Assembly: GCA_938075675.1 (NCBI GenBank) | Contig: CALJHE010000005.1 | Coordinates: forward strand, 71,097-135,096 | Direction of reading: 5' to 3' | Length of the DNA: 64,000 nt | Origin: Candidatus Poseidoniaceae archaeon | Lineage (GTDB): Archaea > Thermoplasmatota > Poseidoniia > Poseidoniales > Poseidoniaceae | Shown: positions 29,628 through 40,800 of the stretch, piece by piece | Layout: each line of letters starts with the position of its first letter | How positions within the stretch are numbered: the stretch's first letter is position 1 | The notes under the pieces: model-generated | Told to the model about the DNA's origin: nothing | The model's input: only the letters and a program-made list of their open reading frames with translations | The model's database searches: none | Position numbers and translations under genes: made by a program

Positions 29628-30305
29628 TCACGAACGACGACGACGAAGTTCTGCAAGAACATCCAGTGGTTTTTGAGGAATGCTTTGGGCTGACTTGATT
29701 TCTTCCAATGCTGTTGATGGCAACGTTGATTGGAAGATATTCGCCTTCATTGCCCGTGACTCCAAACTGTGGAGAGCGTCCATTTCTGAACCTGCAGGTG
29801 AACATACCAAGGAAATGAATTCGTGCAACGGCATACCGTCTTCCCAATTGAGATAGACTGAGCCATTGCGATTTGTGGGAAACGGCGGAATGGATTTTTC
29901 CAAAAGACGCAATCGGCCGGAGAGATTGCTGGTTTCAACACGAAATATCCGCCATGAATCTCCACGGACACCCTTCCGTCTGTGAGCATACAGTGGCATC
30001 AATTTACACCGTTCACCCTCAAGAACCATTGCCGCATACTGATCTTTCGTTCGTCCAGAGAGATACAATTTGTCTGCACGTGTTGATTTGACTTCAATCG
30101 GAAAACACAAGTCTCCACGCAATGCCAGTAAATCACCGGTGCCTTCCATGCCAGAGCCTGCGGCACGAACGACAAGAAACGGTCGATAAACCACTTGTCG
30201 CATTTTTTCTTTTTCCAATGGACTGCATGAACGGATAACCGATTCGACACCCTTGGGAACGCCCGCAAGAACTTGTCTCAGCTCTCGCTCGTATTGGCTC
30301 GACAC
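29628..30305 (-). CDS. hjc: Archaeal Holliday junction resolvase-like PD-(D/E)xK nuclease
   Basis: YEREL, VVRAAGSG and DLLA...IEVKS motifs. Confidence 0.8.
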   Translation of the reverse strand: MSSQYERELRQVLAGVPKGVESVIRSCSPLEKEKMRQVVYRPFLVVRAAGSGMEGTGDLLALRGDLCFPIEVKSTRADKLYLSGRTKDQYAAMVLEGERCKLMPLYAHRRKGVRGDSWRIFRVETSNLSGRLRLLEKSIPPFPTNRNGSVYLNWEDGMPLHEFISLVCSPAGSEMDALHSLESRAMKANIFQSTLPSTALEEIKSAQSIPQKPLDVLAELRRRRS

Positions 30306-30435
30306 AAGCGTTCATCATTGTCAATCGTTCTTGATGACTTCGGTCATTGGTGGAGAATCATCCTAGGTTTCGATAAGCGCTGTAAACAACCGTAAAGCCG
30401 GAACATTAGTTAATCTCGGAAAACAACAACATTCT

Positions 30436-31188
30436 GTGTCTCGTCTTGCTGTACGCACGATTGACTTCAAGTTAGCATACCGTTTGATGAATGAACTCAA
30501 AAGCAGGAAACTGAGATTTCTTTTGCTTGAACACGACGCGGTTTTGCCCGACAGGGACATGATTTGGTTTGGCAGTGAACTTGAGGCTGCAAAGTTCCGA
30601 GATGAAGGAAGGGCTATCGCAGTCTCGATAGAGAACATCAAAGAAGCAGTGGATAAAGCCGTCAGACTTCTCAAGGGCATCACTCAAGTTCATCGCCTCT
30701 GTTTTGGTATCGACCCTGGTCCGAGGCCCGGTATTGCATGGCTTGCTGACGGTGCCGTTCTTGGAGTTTCTCAACTGGAACACATTGAGCACGTCGCGGG
30801 ACATATCTCAGCAATTGCTGCTTCACTTGAATTTAAGCAGATGGTCGTGCGGATTGGCGATGGAGCACCGATTATTCGAGACCGTATTATCAACGACTGC
30901 CTAACGCATTCAATTGAACTTGAACAAGTCAACGAATCAAAGACATCTCGTGGTTTACTGCGGCATAACCATGTTGTTTCAGCGATTCGAATCGCCCTGC
31001 TTTCAGGCCAACGTGTTCTTGAATTCCGCACAGTACAACCGACAGAGGGAGATTTAAGAGAGATTCAACGTCAAAGTAGAAAATACAGTAACGGTCGAAA
31101 AACGATATCGACAGAAATGGCGTATGATGTAGCGACAGGGAAATGCAGTCTCGAACAAGCCGTTAATGAGGGCTATTCTTCCTCTTGA
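30436..31188 (+). CDS. Hypothetical protein with RNase H-like (YqgF/RuvC-like) fold
   Basis: GIDPGPRPGIA, VRIGDG and VNESKTS. Confidence 0.65.
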   Translation: MSRLAVRTIDFKLAYRLMNELKSRKLRFLLLEHDAVLPDRDMIWFGSELEAAKFRDEGRAIAVSIENIKEAVDKAVRLLKGITQVHRLCFGIDPGPRPGIAWLADGAVLGVSQLEHIEHVAGHISAIAASLEFKQMVVRIGDGAPIIRDRIINDCLTHSIELEQVNESKTSRGLLRHNHVVSAIRIALLSGQRVLEFRTVQPTEGDLREIQRQSRKYSNGRKTISTEMAYDVATGKCSLEQAVNEGYSSS

Positions 31189-32192
31189 GCGTATTTTTGC
31201 AGTTCATCTTGAGCCAACCGATACTCCGGAGAACGCTTCATGAGTTTTTTCGATAGTGGATCAAACACCATGGGAAGGACCAACACTGCCGCAATCAATG
31301 AAAACAGCATGAAGAATGAGGAGTTTGGAACATAAGTGGTCCCGGGTGTTCCCGCACCGCCAACCATGAGTTTCACGGTTCCAAGCCAAGGAATCTCTCC
31401 ACCTCCAACGCCAATAAGCCATGAACTCCGAATTGGCCCGACGGTGCCTGATGCACTGTGTACTCCTGAAGAGCCGTTCACGGCTTGAGAACCTTGGTCT
31501 ACGGAACATTTGTTGTTATCACCAAGCGTCAAGAGGCCTGCATGACGAGGTTGCCACTCCCATACCACGAGGTGTGATTCAACATTGGCGTGTGCAGGTC
31601 GCTTGCAATCGTAATATCCAGCCTGAACGCCGTCAAAAGAAACGGACACGGTCTCGCTGTCTTGGACGCTTGTGCCTGGAACATCCCATGTCAGTACACA
31701 AACTCCTTTCGTGCCGTTTCCATCCTTCGATTCCGAGTCATATGTGCCGCCGTTTGGACATCGTTCAGCGTCGGTAGCGTTCATCGGAACGTTACGATCA
31801 GGCGTTGAGATTTGATTCGGAACAACTTCCATGATTGCTCGGTGAATAATAGGCGTTCCATCTTCACCGTTTTTCTTGTAGATGATGACGTCTCCTTCAA
31901 GTCCATGCTGGGCGTAGCCAAAGTGAGGATTGTTCTCATCAGTTGCCTCTGCGAACGTAACCACTGAATCGTAATCACGGTTGTGAACCAGCACCAAATC
32001 GCCAGCGTCAATGCTTCCAACCTCACCGTTTGAATCGTGAATCATGGAAGACGATTCAACGACAACCAAAGGAGGCATTGAACCGGTATGGGCGTACAAT
32101 CCCAAAATGAGAAGACCAATCATACCCACTGCCAGCAGCAATTCGCGAACCAGCAATTTCAGCGGGTCGCTCTGCCTCTCTGGGTCTCCCAT
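31173..32192 (-). CDS. Signal peptidase I, archaeal S26B type
   Basis: VVVESSSM, GDLV, IIHR, TLGDNN and IPWLG; N- and C-terminal TM segments. Confidence 0.88.
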   Translation of the reverse strand: MGDPERQSDPLKLLVRELLLAVGMIGLLILGLYAHTGSMPPLVVVESSSMIHDSNGEVGSIDAGDLVLVHNRDYDSVVTFAEATDENNPHFGYAQHGLEGDVIIYKKNGEDGTPIIHRAIMEVVPNQISTPDRNVPMNATDAERCPNGGTYDSESKDGNGTKGVCVLTWDVPGTSVQDSETVSVSFDGVQAGYYDCKRPAHANVESHLVVWEWQPRHAGLLTLGDNNKCSVDQGSQAVNGSSGVHSASGTVGPIRSSWLIGVGGGEIPWLGTVKLMVGGAGTPGTTYVPNSSFFMLFSLIAAVLVLPMVFDPLSKKLMKRSPEYRLAQDELQKYAQEEE

Positions 32193-32197
32193 TGAGT

Positions 32198-32578
32198 TCA
32201 ACGACGAAGTCCTTTGCTTTCAAGGAATGCCGTCCATGAGGCTTCATGCCCAGCACCAAGTGCTTCTGCAGCTTCGTTACCGTCGGCTTTTCGGCGTCGT
32301 AATTCTGAAGTCGATTCAATGGCTCGTAGTTCATCTAAGATGTTCACGAAGCCACGAAGTGTTAGAAATTCAGGCAAGACGATGAGAAGACCAATCAATG
32401 AAAAAACAGCCGTACCTATGGCTTGCCCGGTGTAATTACCCCAAGTGACGTGGTTTTGGAGAAAAAGCAATTGATACACTGCAACGAAAAGCAAGATACC
32501 TATTGCTCCAGAGGCCGTAGCAGCAATACCAAGTTGACGCCCATGTTGTTTAGCCCACCAATTCGAAATGACGCCCAT
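32198..32578 (-). CDS. Small membrane protein (possibly DUF3198-like)
   Basis: Two TM segments followed by a short soluble tail. Confidence 0.6.
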   Translation of the reverse strand: MGVISNWWAKQHGRQLGIAATASGAIGILLFVAVYQLLFLQNHVTWGNYTGQAIGTAVFSLIGLLIVLPEFLTLRGFVNILDELRAIESTSELRRRKADGNEAAEALGAGHEASWTAFLESKGLRR

Positions 32579-32713
32579 TGTATGCTCTCCCTGTGCACAG
32601 CAGACACGCCGGCCCTCTTTTTTCTATCGGAAGAGAAATGACTCGATGGGGCGAAGTTCAAATGCTTTGCCTGCTGTGGGCCAAAGGCCCATAGTGGGAC
32701 AACGGTGATTTTT

Positions 32714-35700
32714 ATGCGTAAGGCTATATTTTTGACACTCCTGTTTACCGTTTCGTTATTTACACCATTGGCTGCATCTGCAACAGTGGAAACTCAGTTC
32801 AATAACGGAACGACATCCTACACTCAAACCTTCACAGGAACGGGTAACGGCACCGCAGGGCATCTAACAATTCCGTTTGGTGCAGAAGTGACGAATGCTG
32901 AGTTTAGACTCCAAGGGGAGGCAAGTTCCACCACATACACGAACTTCACTACGAACGCCCATTATGGAGGCTCAGGAGACGGGGTTTGGTCAGGCTCTCC
33001 GCCATCGCCGTTTACCTCTGGTCAACGAAACAACGTCGATGTCTCTTCAAGCACCATGTCACTCAAAGGCAATCCTTCCCTGCAATCAATTGACTTTTCA
33101 CGAACCACCCAAGTTGCTTCAAAGGTCAATGCACATCAGAATACAACAGGCCAATTTGCATCTTTTTCTGACCAAGGCTACTCAGGATTGACAAAGAAGT
33201 TTACACAATCTTCAGTGAGCACCAGTGCATCATGGGGAAACATTGGCATCGTGGTCAAAGTTGGAGATGAATTCCACGTCATGAAGTACTCTTCGTCCAG
33301 CCTTTACAATACACCTACAATTTTGCGTATCAACGCAACCACAGGCGCCTACATTGGTGTAGCGACCCTCAATACCAACGGCTGCAGTACTTCTTCCTAC
33401 TACAACATGGTCGATGCTACCGTTGATGGAAATACAGTCTACACCGCCCACTACACCAGTTACTTCCTTACCAAGTGGTCCGTTATTACATCAGGGACTT
33501 CCAAATCTTGGAGATGCGATCAGTCATGGAGTTTTAGCAACAATTACGTTACTGGCGTAGATATCGATGACTCGACAGGAAAGTTGTACGTCATGACCTA
33601 TTCGTATTCTGCAAACGCACACTACATCAACGAAGTGACAAAGACCTCTCCAACCAGTATCCTTGGTACATGGACCGTCGCAACAGGCTCTACTGTATCG
33701 AGATACGGTGCAGGAATGATTGTCAACATGCCGACCATCATTTACAATGAATACGACCAAACATACGTCAGCGGCGTTGGTTACAATTACGATTCGTACC
33801 ATCATTTCTTCACCATGAGAAGCAATTTCGTAGAACATATGGGAGAAGTACCTGTGCCAGAGGGCGGACACTACGGCCTGGTTGAATCAGGTGAAGGGCA
33901 ATTCAGTTTCTCTTGCCATTACTACAGTACTGCCTACTGCAGCACCGCAACTCGGCACAAAATCAACAATTTTGGAGACGGTTCCCTTTTCGATGAGCGA
34001 AGTCATACCGGAACGACAGCGACGATTATGGGAAGCACGATTACCACCACCAAGGCGATTGATACGCTCCACATCAGCAGCATCATTGGATACACGCCAG
34101 CCGGAACCAGCATCAGCGTCGACCTTTCAAACGATGGTGGTGCAACATGGAGGCAGGTTTCCGTGGGACAAAATGTGGTATTCCCTCAAACTGCTACGCA
34201 ATTTGTCTGGCGTGCAACACTCAATGGAACGGCAACTAAAGCCCCAATCTTCGATGGAATAGGCATTGAGTACACTGCTTCGTACGTCACCTCATCGTAT
34301 ATGTACACCTACCAATACGTTGGTTCAGGCACGAAGAATGTCGTCGCTGCAACCATTGATTGGGACGAAACTCGACCAAGTGGAACTTCCATCCGTGTCA
34401 ACTTTGGATACACCTCATCCAGCACTTGTACAACAGGTAGCACAGGTGTATCCCAATTCACACAAGCGAACCAGACCAAAACCATGACTGGAACTGGATA
34501 TTACATGTGTTTGAGAGTTGAGCTCACTGCACCCTCAAGCGGAGCAGTAACGCCAACAATCACCAACCTTTCCATCGCAAAACACTCCAATGCTCCGACT
34601 GAACCGGGTATAGAAATCAACGGAAACGCAGTGTGGACCAGAGCAGCATCTGCCGGTGCATTGCTCGGCGCCTTTACCGTGACACAGAGCACCAGTTCGA
34701 ACACAATATTGAAGGCATTTAACGATGCAATCCCCGATACAGGCTCTGGTCTCAGTAACATTTCAATTGGACTCAAATCAAAATCTTCAGGGATTTTGTC
34801 ACTGGTATCGTTCTCAGTTACATACACGATGAACACCGTTAACCTTGAAGTGAACATTCCTGACGGAGAAATTCTTCACGAACGTTTGCAACCTTACGAA
34901 GTGGTAACACGGCACATCGTTGGTGAAGATGCATCAACGATGACTGAAGCAAGTTTGACGCTGATGACCAATTCCTTAGCAAAGAATCCGACAATGTATT
35001 GGCAAGATGGAGATGTATTCCCAAGTCCAAATGACCCTGAAGACTACATCGAATTGGACGCCAGTTCATGGTCCTCTCAGGCCAATGGGATACTCGAAGT
35101 TCATTGGATATTCCACGTGACCTCAGAGTTCCCTGACCAAGAAAATGTTCGATTCAAGACCGGTTGTTTGGACAATTCAGGCTCGGCTGGTTATTCTCCA
35201 TTAGATCTCATCAGTTCAACCGGTTTGGAAGTCAACAGATCGTTTGGCCTTGGATGGTTGAAGGTTCGAGACAACGACGGCGCACTGGTCATGGATGATG
35301 TCCCTGACAACTCATGGGTTGCTGCAGGAGAAACACTCCACTTCCAAGGTGCAATGTGGTTCCAAAACACTGAAGATGCTCCGAAAGACAACGCCTTTGA
35401 CGTCCGAGTCTCAAGAAACGGATGGGTCGAAAGCACTGCTCGTGACACCACCAATAACAACGGCAGTTTCTTCATCTCCGTCGACCTTCCAGAGATTGAC
35501 GTTGCTGATGGACTCACCTATGAAGTTCAAACCTACAACGAGAAAGAACCAACACATGTTATGGCTTCAAACTTGGACTGGAAGCGAACCTACAAGGTCG
35601 ATGCAACGCCTCCTCAGCGACAAGCGTTCTTACCGCTTGATGATGCATATGAAGCTGCAAGCAATGTCCAAGAAGTCAAGATCTTGGTGAACGATGAAAT

Positions 35701-37792
35701 CGGACATCCGATGGAACTTGAACTCATGTACTGGGTTGAAGCGAACCATGATTTGAACAGAAACGGTGAAGCAGACCCACAGGAATACGTCAGCAAGAAA
35801 GTTTACAATTCCACGGTCGCCGAGAACAAGTGGTTCATCACCACCATCGACCACTCTCGCAACTCGAACATGGGTCGGGTCTCGTATTATTGGGTTGGTG
35901 GAGACCAAGCAGGCAATCCACTGCATTACACCGTAATGAACAGCGACGATGAACTGCTCTCGTTCAACTCCGGACCAGGTTTCCTCTATGACGATGCCAC
36001 CTTCCGTACACGCAAGGACTCAACTGCAATCTTTACCGGCTTAGAATGGGTCGGACATGTCGATAATGCACCTGTATTCGCTGGAATGGATCAAAGAATT
36101 GAACTTGGATTCATTGATGCAAACACTGCAATTGACTTTGAGCACATCTCATTGGTTTTTGACTTTGAAGGGCCGAACCCAATGCGAGACGCTCAACAAA
36201 TCTCCTATTCCGGAATCAACAACACATTCTGGTCTGAAAGTAACTTCATTACAATGCTGACAAGCAGTAAGATGGTCGAAACAATCAACGAATCTGGCCT
36301 TCCATGGATTCAACTTACCTTTGATTTCGTGATCAGTTGGGACTGGCCAGATGAAGAGATGGGCGATGTCGTACTTCGATACAAAGAACGTGGATCGAGC
36401 GATGATTCACAAATACTCCTCCTTGAACACACCTTCAGAGTCGAAAACGACCTCATGCTGTCACCAACCGAATACTTGGTTGAGGATATCTCCGAGCCAC
36501 GCACTGGCATTGTTGCGGACGGAAGCAGAGTTCGCAAGGACGACAGGCTTGCCTTCACGGGAAGAGTTGTCTACGAAGGAAGCACTGTTGCAGCGCCACG
36601 GGACGTTGGAATCCTCGTGGAGGTCTTCGATGGCGAAAAGATATGGAGCGACGGTTCGATTTCGTCGACCGGCGAATTTGCTGTGGAAGTACCACTCTCA
36701 TCCGCATCAACATTACAATCCTCACCAACCCGCACATGCTTGATTTCAATTACCAATATCCCAGGGCGTGGAGAAGACATGACCGGCACCTTGGTTTCGA
36801 CCACACTGCGTGTCGTCGTCGACGATGCTGCCCCGAGAGTTGTTCGTCGAATCTCACCGCTCAACGTCATCGATATCTCTGCAAACAACGACCTGAGCAA
36901 TGTTGCAGTGGAATTCCACGGTACCGAAGATGCTGATTTGACCGGTTCAAGTCAAATGGTCCATTGGGTCATGCGCGATGCGACACGCACCGTTACCATC
37001 GGTGCTGGCTCAACATTGCTCGGAATGCAACAAGACGGTCAATTCGTCAATTGGACAGGATATGTGGACCTTACCGACAGCGGAAGAATCACACCACAAG
37101 CTGGAGACTTCGTAGGATTCTATGTTACAGGTTACGATGCTGCTGGAAACCAATTCCCAGTTGTATCCAACTCAGAAGCAAGTCCAATTCCTGAACTTGC
37201 CGTTGACGATACAGACTTCGAACGGCAATGGATTCGTTTGGGTGCTGTAGGCCCGGAATTGCGAGTGAAGTCAATTTCTCTATCCGATGATCACATTGCA
37301 CCCGGTTCGAAAATAACCATCGATGCTCAAGTCATCAATGTTGGCGGCTCGACACCTTCGATGTTCAAGGTCGCCTTCTATGCAGGAGACGATGAAACTC
37401 CTTTCGAAACCGTTGGAGTCGCCGGAATTGACGGTGATGAAGTTGTTGAAGTCAGTACCACATGGTCTGCGGAAGACGTTGACAGAATCCGTGTCGTTGT
37501 TGATTATGACAACCTCATCGTCGAAGTTAACGATGATGACAACAGTGCTGAGCACTCCATCGATATCGCTTATGGCGAATACTTCGGATGGTTCGACTCA
37601 CCTCGTGAAAGCCCACTTGCATGGATTTTCATCATCATTTCAATTATTGTCTTGTTTGCCGTAGCGACCGTTGCGGCACGAACAACCATCGACCATGGCG
37701 AAGGCGCCTTCTCAGATGACGAAGAAGATTGGGATGAAGACGAATTCGGAGACGAAGACGATGATGAAGATGAAGACGACAACGACTACTGA
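32714..37792 (+). CDS. Large cell-surface glycoprotein-like protein with C-terminal CARDB, TM and acidic tail
   Basis: Signal peptide; S/T/N-rich. CARDB-like VINVGG...VVVDYDNLIVEVNDDDN, then a TM segment and a D/E-rich tail. GGTGA RBS. Confidence 0.88.
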   Translation: MRKAIFLTLLFTVSLFTPLAASATVETQFNNGTTSYTQTFTGTGNGTAGHLTIPFGAEVTNAEFRLQGEASSTTYTNFTTNAHYGGSGDGVWSGSPPSPFTSGQRNNVDVSSSTMSLKGNPSLQSIDFSRTTQVASKVNAHQNTTGQFASFSDQGYSGLTKKFTQSSVSTSASWGNIGIVVKVGDEFHVMKYSSSSLYNTPTILRINATTGAYIGVATLNTNGCSTSSYYNMVDATVDGNTVYTAHYTSYFLTKWSVITSGTSKSWRCDQSWSFSNNYVTGVDIDDSTGKLYVMTYSYSANAHYINEVTKTSPTSILGTWTVATGSTVSRYGAGMIVNMPTIIYNEYDQTYVSGVGYNYDSYHHFFTMRSNFVEHMGEVPVPEGGHYGLVESGEGQFSFSCHYYSTAYCSTATRHKINNFGDGSLFDERSHTGTTATIMGSTITTTKAIDTLHISSIIGYTPAGTSISVDLSNDGGATWRQVSVGQNVVFPQTATQFVWRATLNGTATKAPIFDGIGIEYTASYVTSSYMYTYQYVGSGTKNVVAATIDWDETRPSGTSIRVNFGYTSSSTCTTGSTGVSQFTQANQTKTMTGTGYYMCLRVELTAPSSGAVTPTITNLSIAKHSNAPTEPGIEINGNAVWTRAASAGALLGAFTVTQSTSSNTILKAFNDAIPDTGSGLSNISIGLKSKSSGILSLVSFSVTYTMNTVNLEVNIPDGEILHERLQPYEVVTRHIVGEDASTMTEASLTLMTNSLAKNPTMYWQDGDVFPSPNDPEDYIELDASSWSSQANGILEVHWIFHVTSEFPDQENVRFKTGCLDNSGSAGYSPLDLISSTGLEVNRSFGLGWLKVRDNDGALVMDDVPDNSWVAAGETLHFQGAMWFQNTEDAPKDNAFDVRVSRNGWVESTARDTTNNNGSFFISVDLPEIDVADGLTYEVQTYNEKEPTHVMASNLDWKRTYKVDATPPQRQAFLPLDDAYEAASNVQEVKILVNDEIGHPMELELMYWVEANHDLNRNGEADPQEYVSKKVYNSTVAENKWFITTIDHSRNSNMGRVSYYWVGGDQAGNPLHYTVMNSDDELLSFNSGPGFLYDDATFRTRKDSTAIFTGLEWVGHVDNAPVFAGMDQRIELGFIDANTAIDFEHISLVFDFEGPNPMRDAQQISYSGINNTFWSESNFITMLTSSKMVETINESGLPWIQLTFDFVISWDWPDEEMGDVVLRYKERGSSDDSQILLLEHTFRVENDLMLSPTEYLVEDISEPRTGIVADGSRVRKDDRLAFTGRVVYEGSTVAAPRDVGILVEVFDGEKIWSDGSISSTGEFAVEVPLSSASTLQSSPTRTCLISITNIPGRGEDMTGTLVSTTLRVVVDDAAPRVVRRISPLNVIDISANNDLSNVAVEFHGTEDADLTGSSQMVHWVMRDATRTVTIGAGSTLLGMQQDGQFVNWTGYVDLTDSGRITPQAGDFVGFYVTGYDAAGNQFPVVSNSEASPIPELAVDDTDFERQWIRLGAVGPELRVKSISLSDDHIAPGSKITIDAQVINVGGSTPSMFKVAFYAGDDETPFETVGVAGIDGDEVVEVSTTWSAEDVDRIRVVVDYDNLIVEVNDDDNSAEHSIDIAYGEYFGWFDSPRESPLAWIFIIISIIVLFAVATVAARTTIDHGEGAFSDDEEDWDEDEFGDEDDDEDEDDNDY

Positions 37793-37874
37793 TTGCTTCG
37801 TATTCAACTTGTCATAAATTACAAATCCTCAAAAGAGGTCGACGAAACCCCCTCTCCATAGGGGTGGGGAGAGT

Positions 37875-40800
37875 ATGTCTGATGTATTTTCCAATCTCGA
37901 CCCTCGCTTGACCGCTGCGCTCGATTCAAAGGGGTGGAAACCTACCCCGGTTCAAGTAGCTACTTTACCGGAGTTATGCGATGGAGGTGACCGAATCATC
38001 GTTGCCCCAACCGGCTCAGGAAAGACGATGTCCGCAGTGCTACCGATGCTGAACCGATGCCTCGTTGAAGGATGGAAACCCCTTTCAATACTCTACATCA
38101 CTCCGCTTCGAGCACTCAATCGAGACGTTGACCGACGACTGAACGAAATTACTGAAGCAGTCGGCCTCAAAGTAGGATTACGGCATGGAGATACCAAACA
38201 AAGTGAAAGAAGCCGGCAGGTGCGTAACCCACCAGACTTGCTGGTTACAACTCCTGAAACGTTTCAGTTGATGTTTACAGGGAAAAATCTGCGTGAGTTA
38301 TTGAAGCGAGTTCAAGCGGTAATCATCGATGAAGTACACGACTTGGCTGCGAGTGAAAGAGGATGGCAACTCTCCGTTGGTTTAGAGCGAATGGAAGCGC
38401 TCTCTGGCCATCCAGTACAACGGATTGGTCTTTCTGCAACGGTTGGAAACCCTGATGAAGTCGCACAATGGCTATCGCCCAAAAAAGGCAAAGCGCTCCT
38501 TACAACCGGAAACAGAACCACGGATCTCTCCGTCGAGTGTGCTCAAACACTTCCTGAAGATGAAATCGGAGCACTCGAATTGAGTATCCAGCCTCGCGCC
38601 CACGCAAGTTTCCGACGCATGGTGGAAATCCTGAGAACTGAACCACCATGTCTGGTATTCGTCAACAGCAGAAGCGATGCCGAAACGATAGCCAGTCGTC
38701 TTCAATCGATGGCACCGGATGTAGACATAGGTGTTCATCACGGTTCACTGGCTGCCGAAACCCGTCGTGAAATGGAAGATAAATTACGCAGTGGAGAGTT
38801 GGCAGGCTTGGTGTGTACATCAAGCCTGGAACTTGGAATCGATGTTGGAAAGATTCGAAGAATACTGCAGATTAAGAGCCCACGCTCCGTTGACAGAATG
38901 CTTCAACGGGTTGGTCGAGCAGACCATCGTCTCGATGGTATTGGGAAAGGACATCTGTTGTCTTGGGACACCGACGACCTAGCAGAAAGTGCAGTGGTTG
39001 GTCGCCGAGCAATGCTTGGACACATTGAGTCTATTGAATGGCGAAATAGACCGCTATCGGTTGCTGCCAACCAACTTGTCCTCATGGCGCATTCAATGAA
39101 TGCAGTGTCGATTGATGAAGCAACCGAAATTCTTGCCAAAGTATCTCAGTTTGAGGGATGGCAACGAGTTGACACTGAATCCCTTCTTCGAGTCCTAGCG
39201 GATGGATGGGTACTTCGATTCACACCCGATCCAAGTGAAGTTCCCTGGTACCGCTGGCCAAAGGCAGTTTACACCGTTGCAATGGAAGAAGCGATGAAGA
39301 AAGGACACCCTTTACCGGAAGAACGACCGTTGTTCTCATTGCCTGATGAAGAAGTTCCTGATTCCTTCAAAAATCGCGATGTCGATGTACCGCTTCCGTT
39401 CAAAGATGGATGGTTTTCGACTGCGGGCAGAACCCGTCAATGGGTGACAAATCACCTTTCGATGATTCCCGACAAGCAATCGTATCGCGTCCGGGATGCT
39501 GTTACTCGTCGCAGTTTGGGAAGCGTTGACGAGGCGTTCGTATTGTCACTAAACGACAGCGGAGAAGACGATGATGGAAGCCGTCGCCAATTCGTAATGG
39601 CTGGCCGTACTTGGTTGATTATCGATGCAGACCCCGAACAATCAGAACTGCTCGTAGCACCTGTTTCAGATAAAGCGGAAGCTCCACGGTGGGTTGGAGA
39701 ATTACCACCCGTCCCCAAAGCAATCGGGCGAGACATAGGACGATTACGCCAACTTATTGCCGACGATTTGAAATTGTTTGACAACGCAAGCAACGGGGAA
39801 CTCGACGTTCTTTCCATCGATACCGAGGGGATTTTTGCTGACCGACACTCAACCCTTGCAGAACACCCCATCGATGAGGAAGCGCTCAGTGTGATGGCTG
39901 AGAGCATTACTGCTCACGTTGAGGCGACGGAATATTTGCCAACCGACCGGTTGATGACACTTGAGAGGCGTGAAGACGCTATTGTCATTAATTCCTGCCA
40001 TGGCTCTCGTATCAACGAAGGTTTGGGGCATTTCCTGATGGCTATGGCGACAACCAAGACGGGGAAATGGGGGCGGTTGGTCGTAGAACCGACTCGCATT
40101 GCTCTGCAAACTGGAGCAGTAAACCCTGAAGAAATACAAGCGTGGCTGATGGAAACCCCCCCTGATGCAATTGAAGGGTTGTTGAGCGTAACCTTACCAA
40201 ACTCTCGCCAAGTTCGATGGAGATTTGCTCAGGTGGCTAAGACATTTGGTATCCTGCGTCACGGCGTAGATCCCCGCAAAATCAACCTCCAAGCGCTTCT
40301 GCGAAAGTACCGTGGAACGGTGGTCATGGAAGAAGTGCTGTCAAAACTGTTCCATGAACGAATGGATGTCCTCGGCGTACGCGACGTCATGCGTTCAATT
40401 CAAAGTGGAAATATTCAGTTGAAAATAACTGCATCAGGGCCGATAGGCCTTTCCAACCACTCCAGCAGGGACATGCTACTACCAAATTGGGATAACGCCC
40501 AAGTTCGAAAACAACTGAAAGGCCGACTTACCAATGAGCGAGCGGTGCTCTGCTGCTTGAAGTGCAAAGCAATTCGGCGGTTCAGAGTGGCCCGTTATCT
40601 TGAAATTGATGGGATAAAATCGTGTTTAAAATGCAGAGGTTCAATGCTGGCGTGCGCTCCTGAACGAATGCAATCTATGCTCGTTGATTGGGTGAGTTCG
40701 GACGATGAAAAGGATCTGGCACGAATGATGAAAAACGCGTCAATCGTTCAATCGAGAGGTTATGAAGCCGTTCTCAGCCTCATGGGCCGTGGCATTGGCG

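Noticed and set aside
30436-31188. Possible TnpB/transposase or Cas12-like RuvC protein
   Set aside because: No zinc finger, terminal repeats, adjacent array or transposase, and the last acidic motif is missing.
37715-37789. GAY/GAR trinucleotide-like repeat
   Set aside because: It simply encodes the acidic tail of the surface protein.
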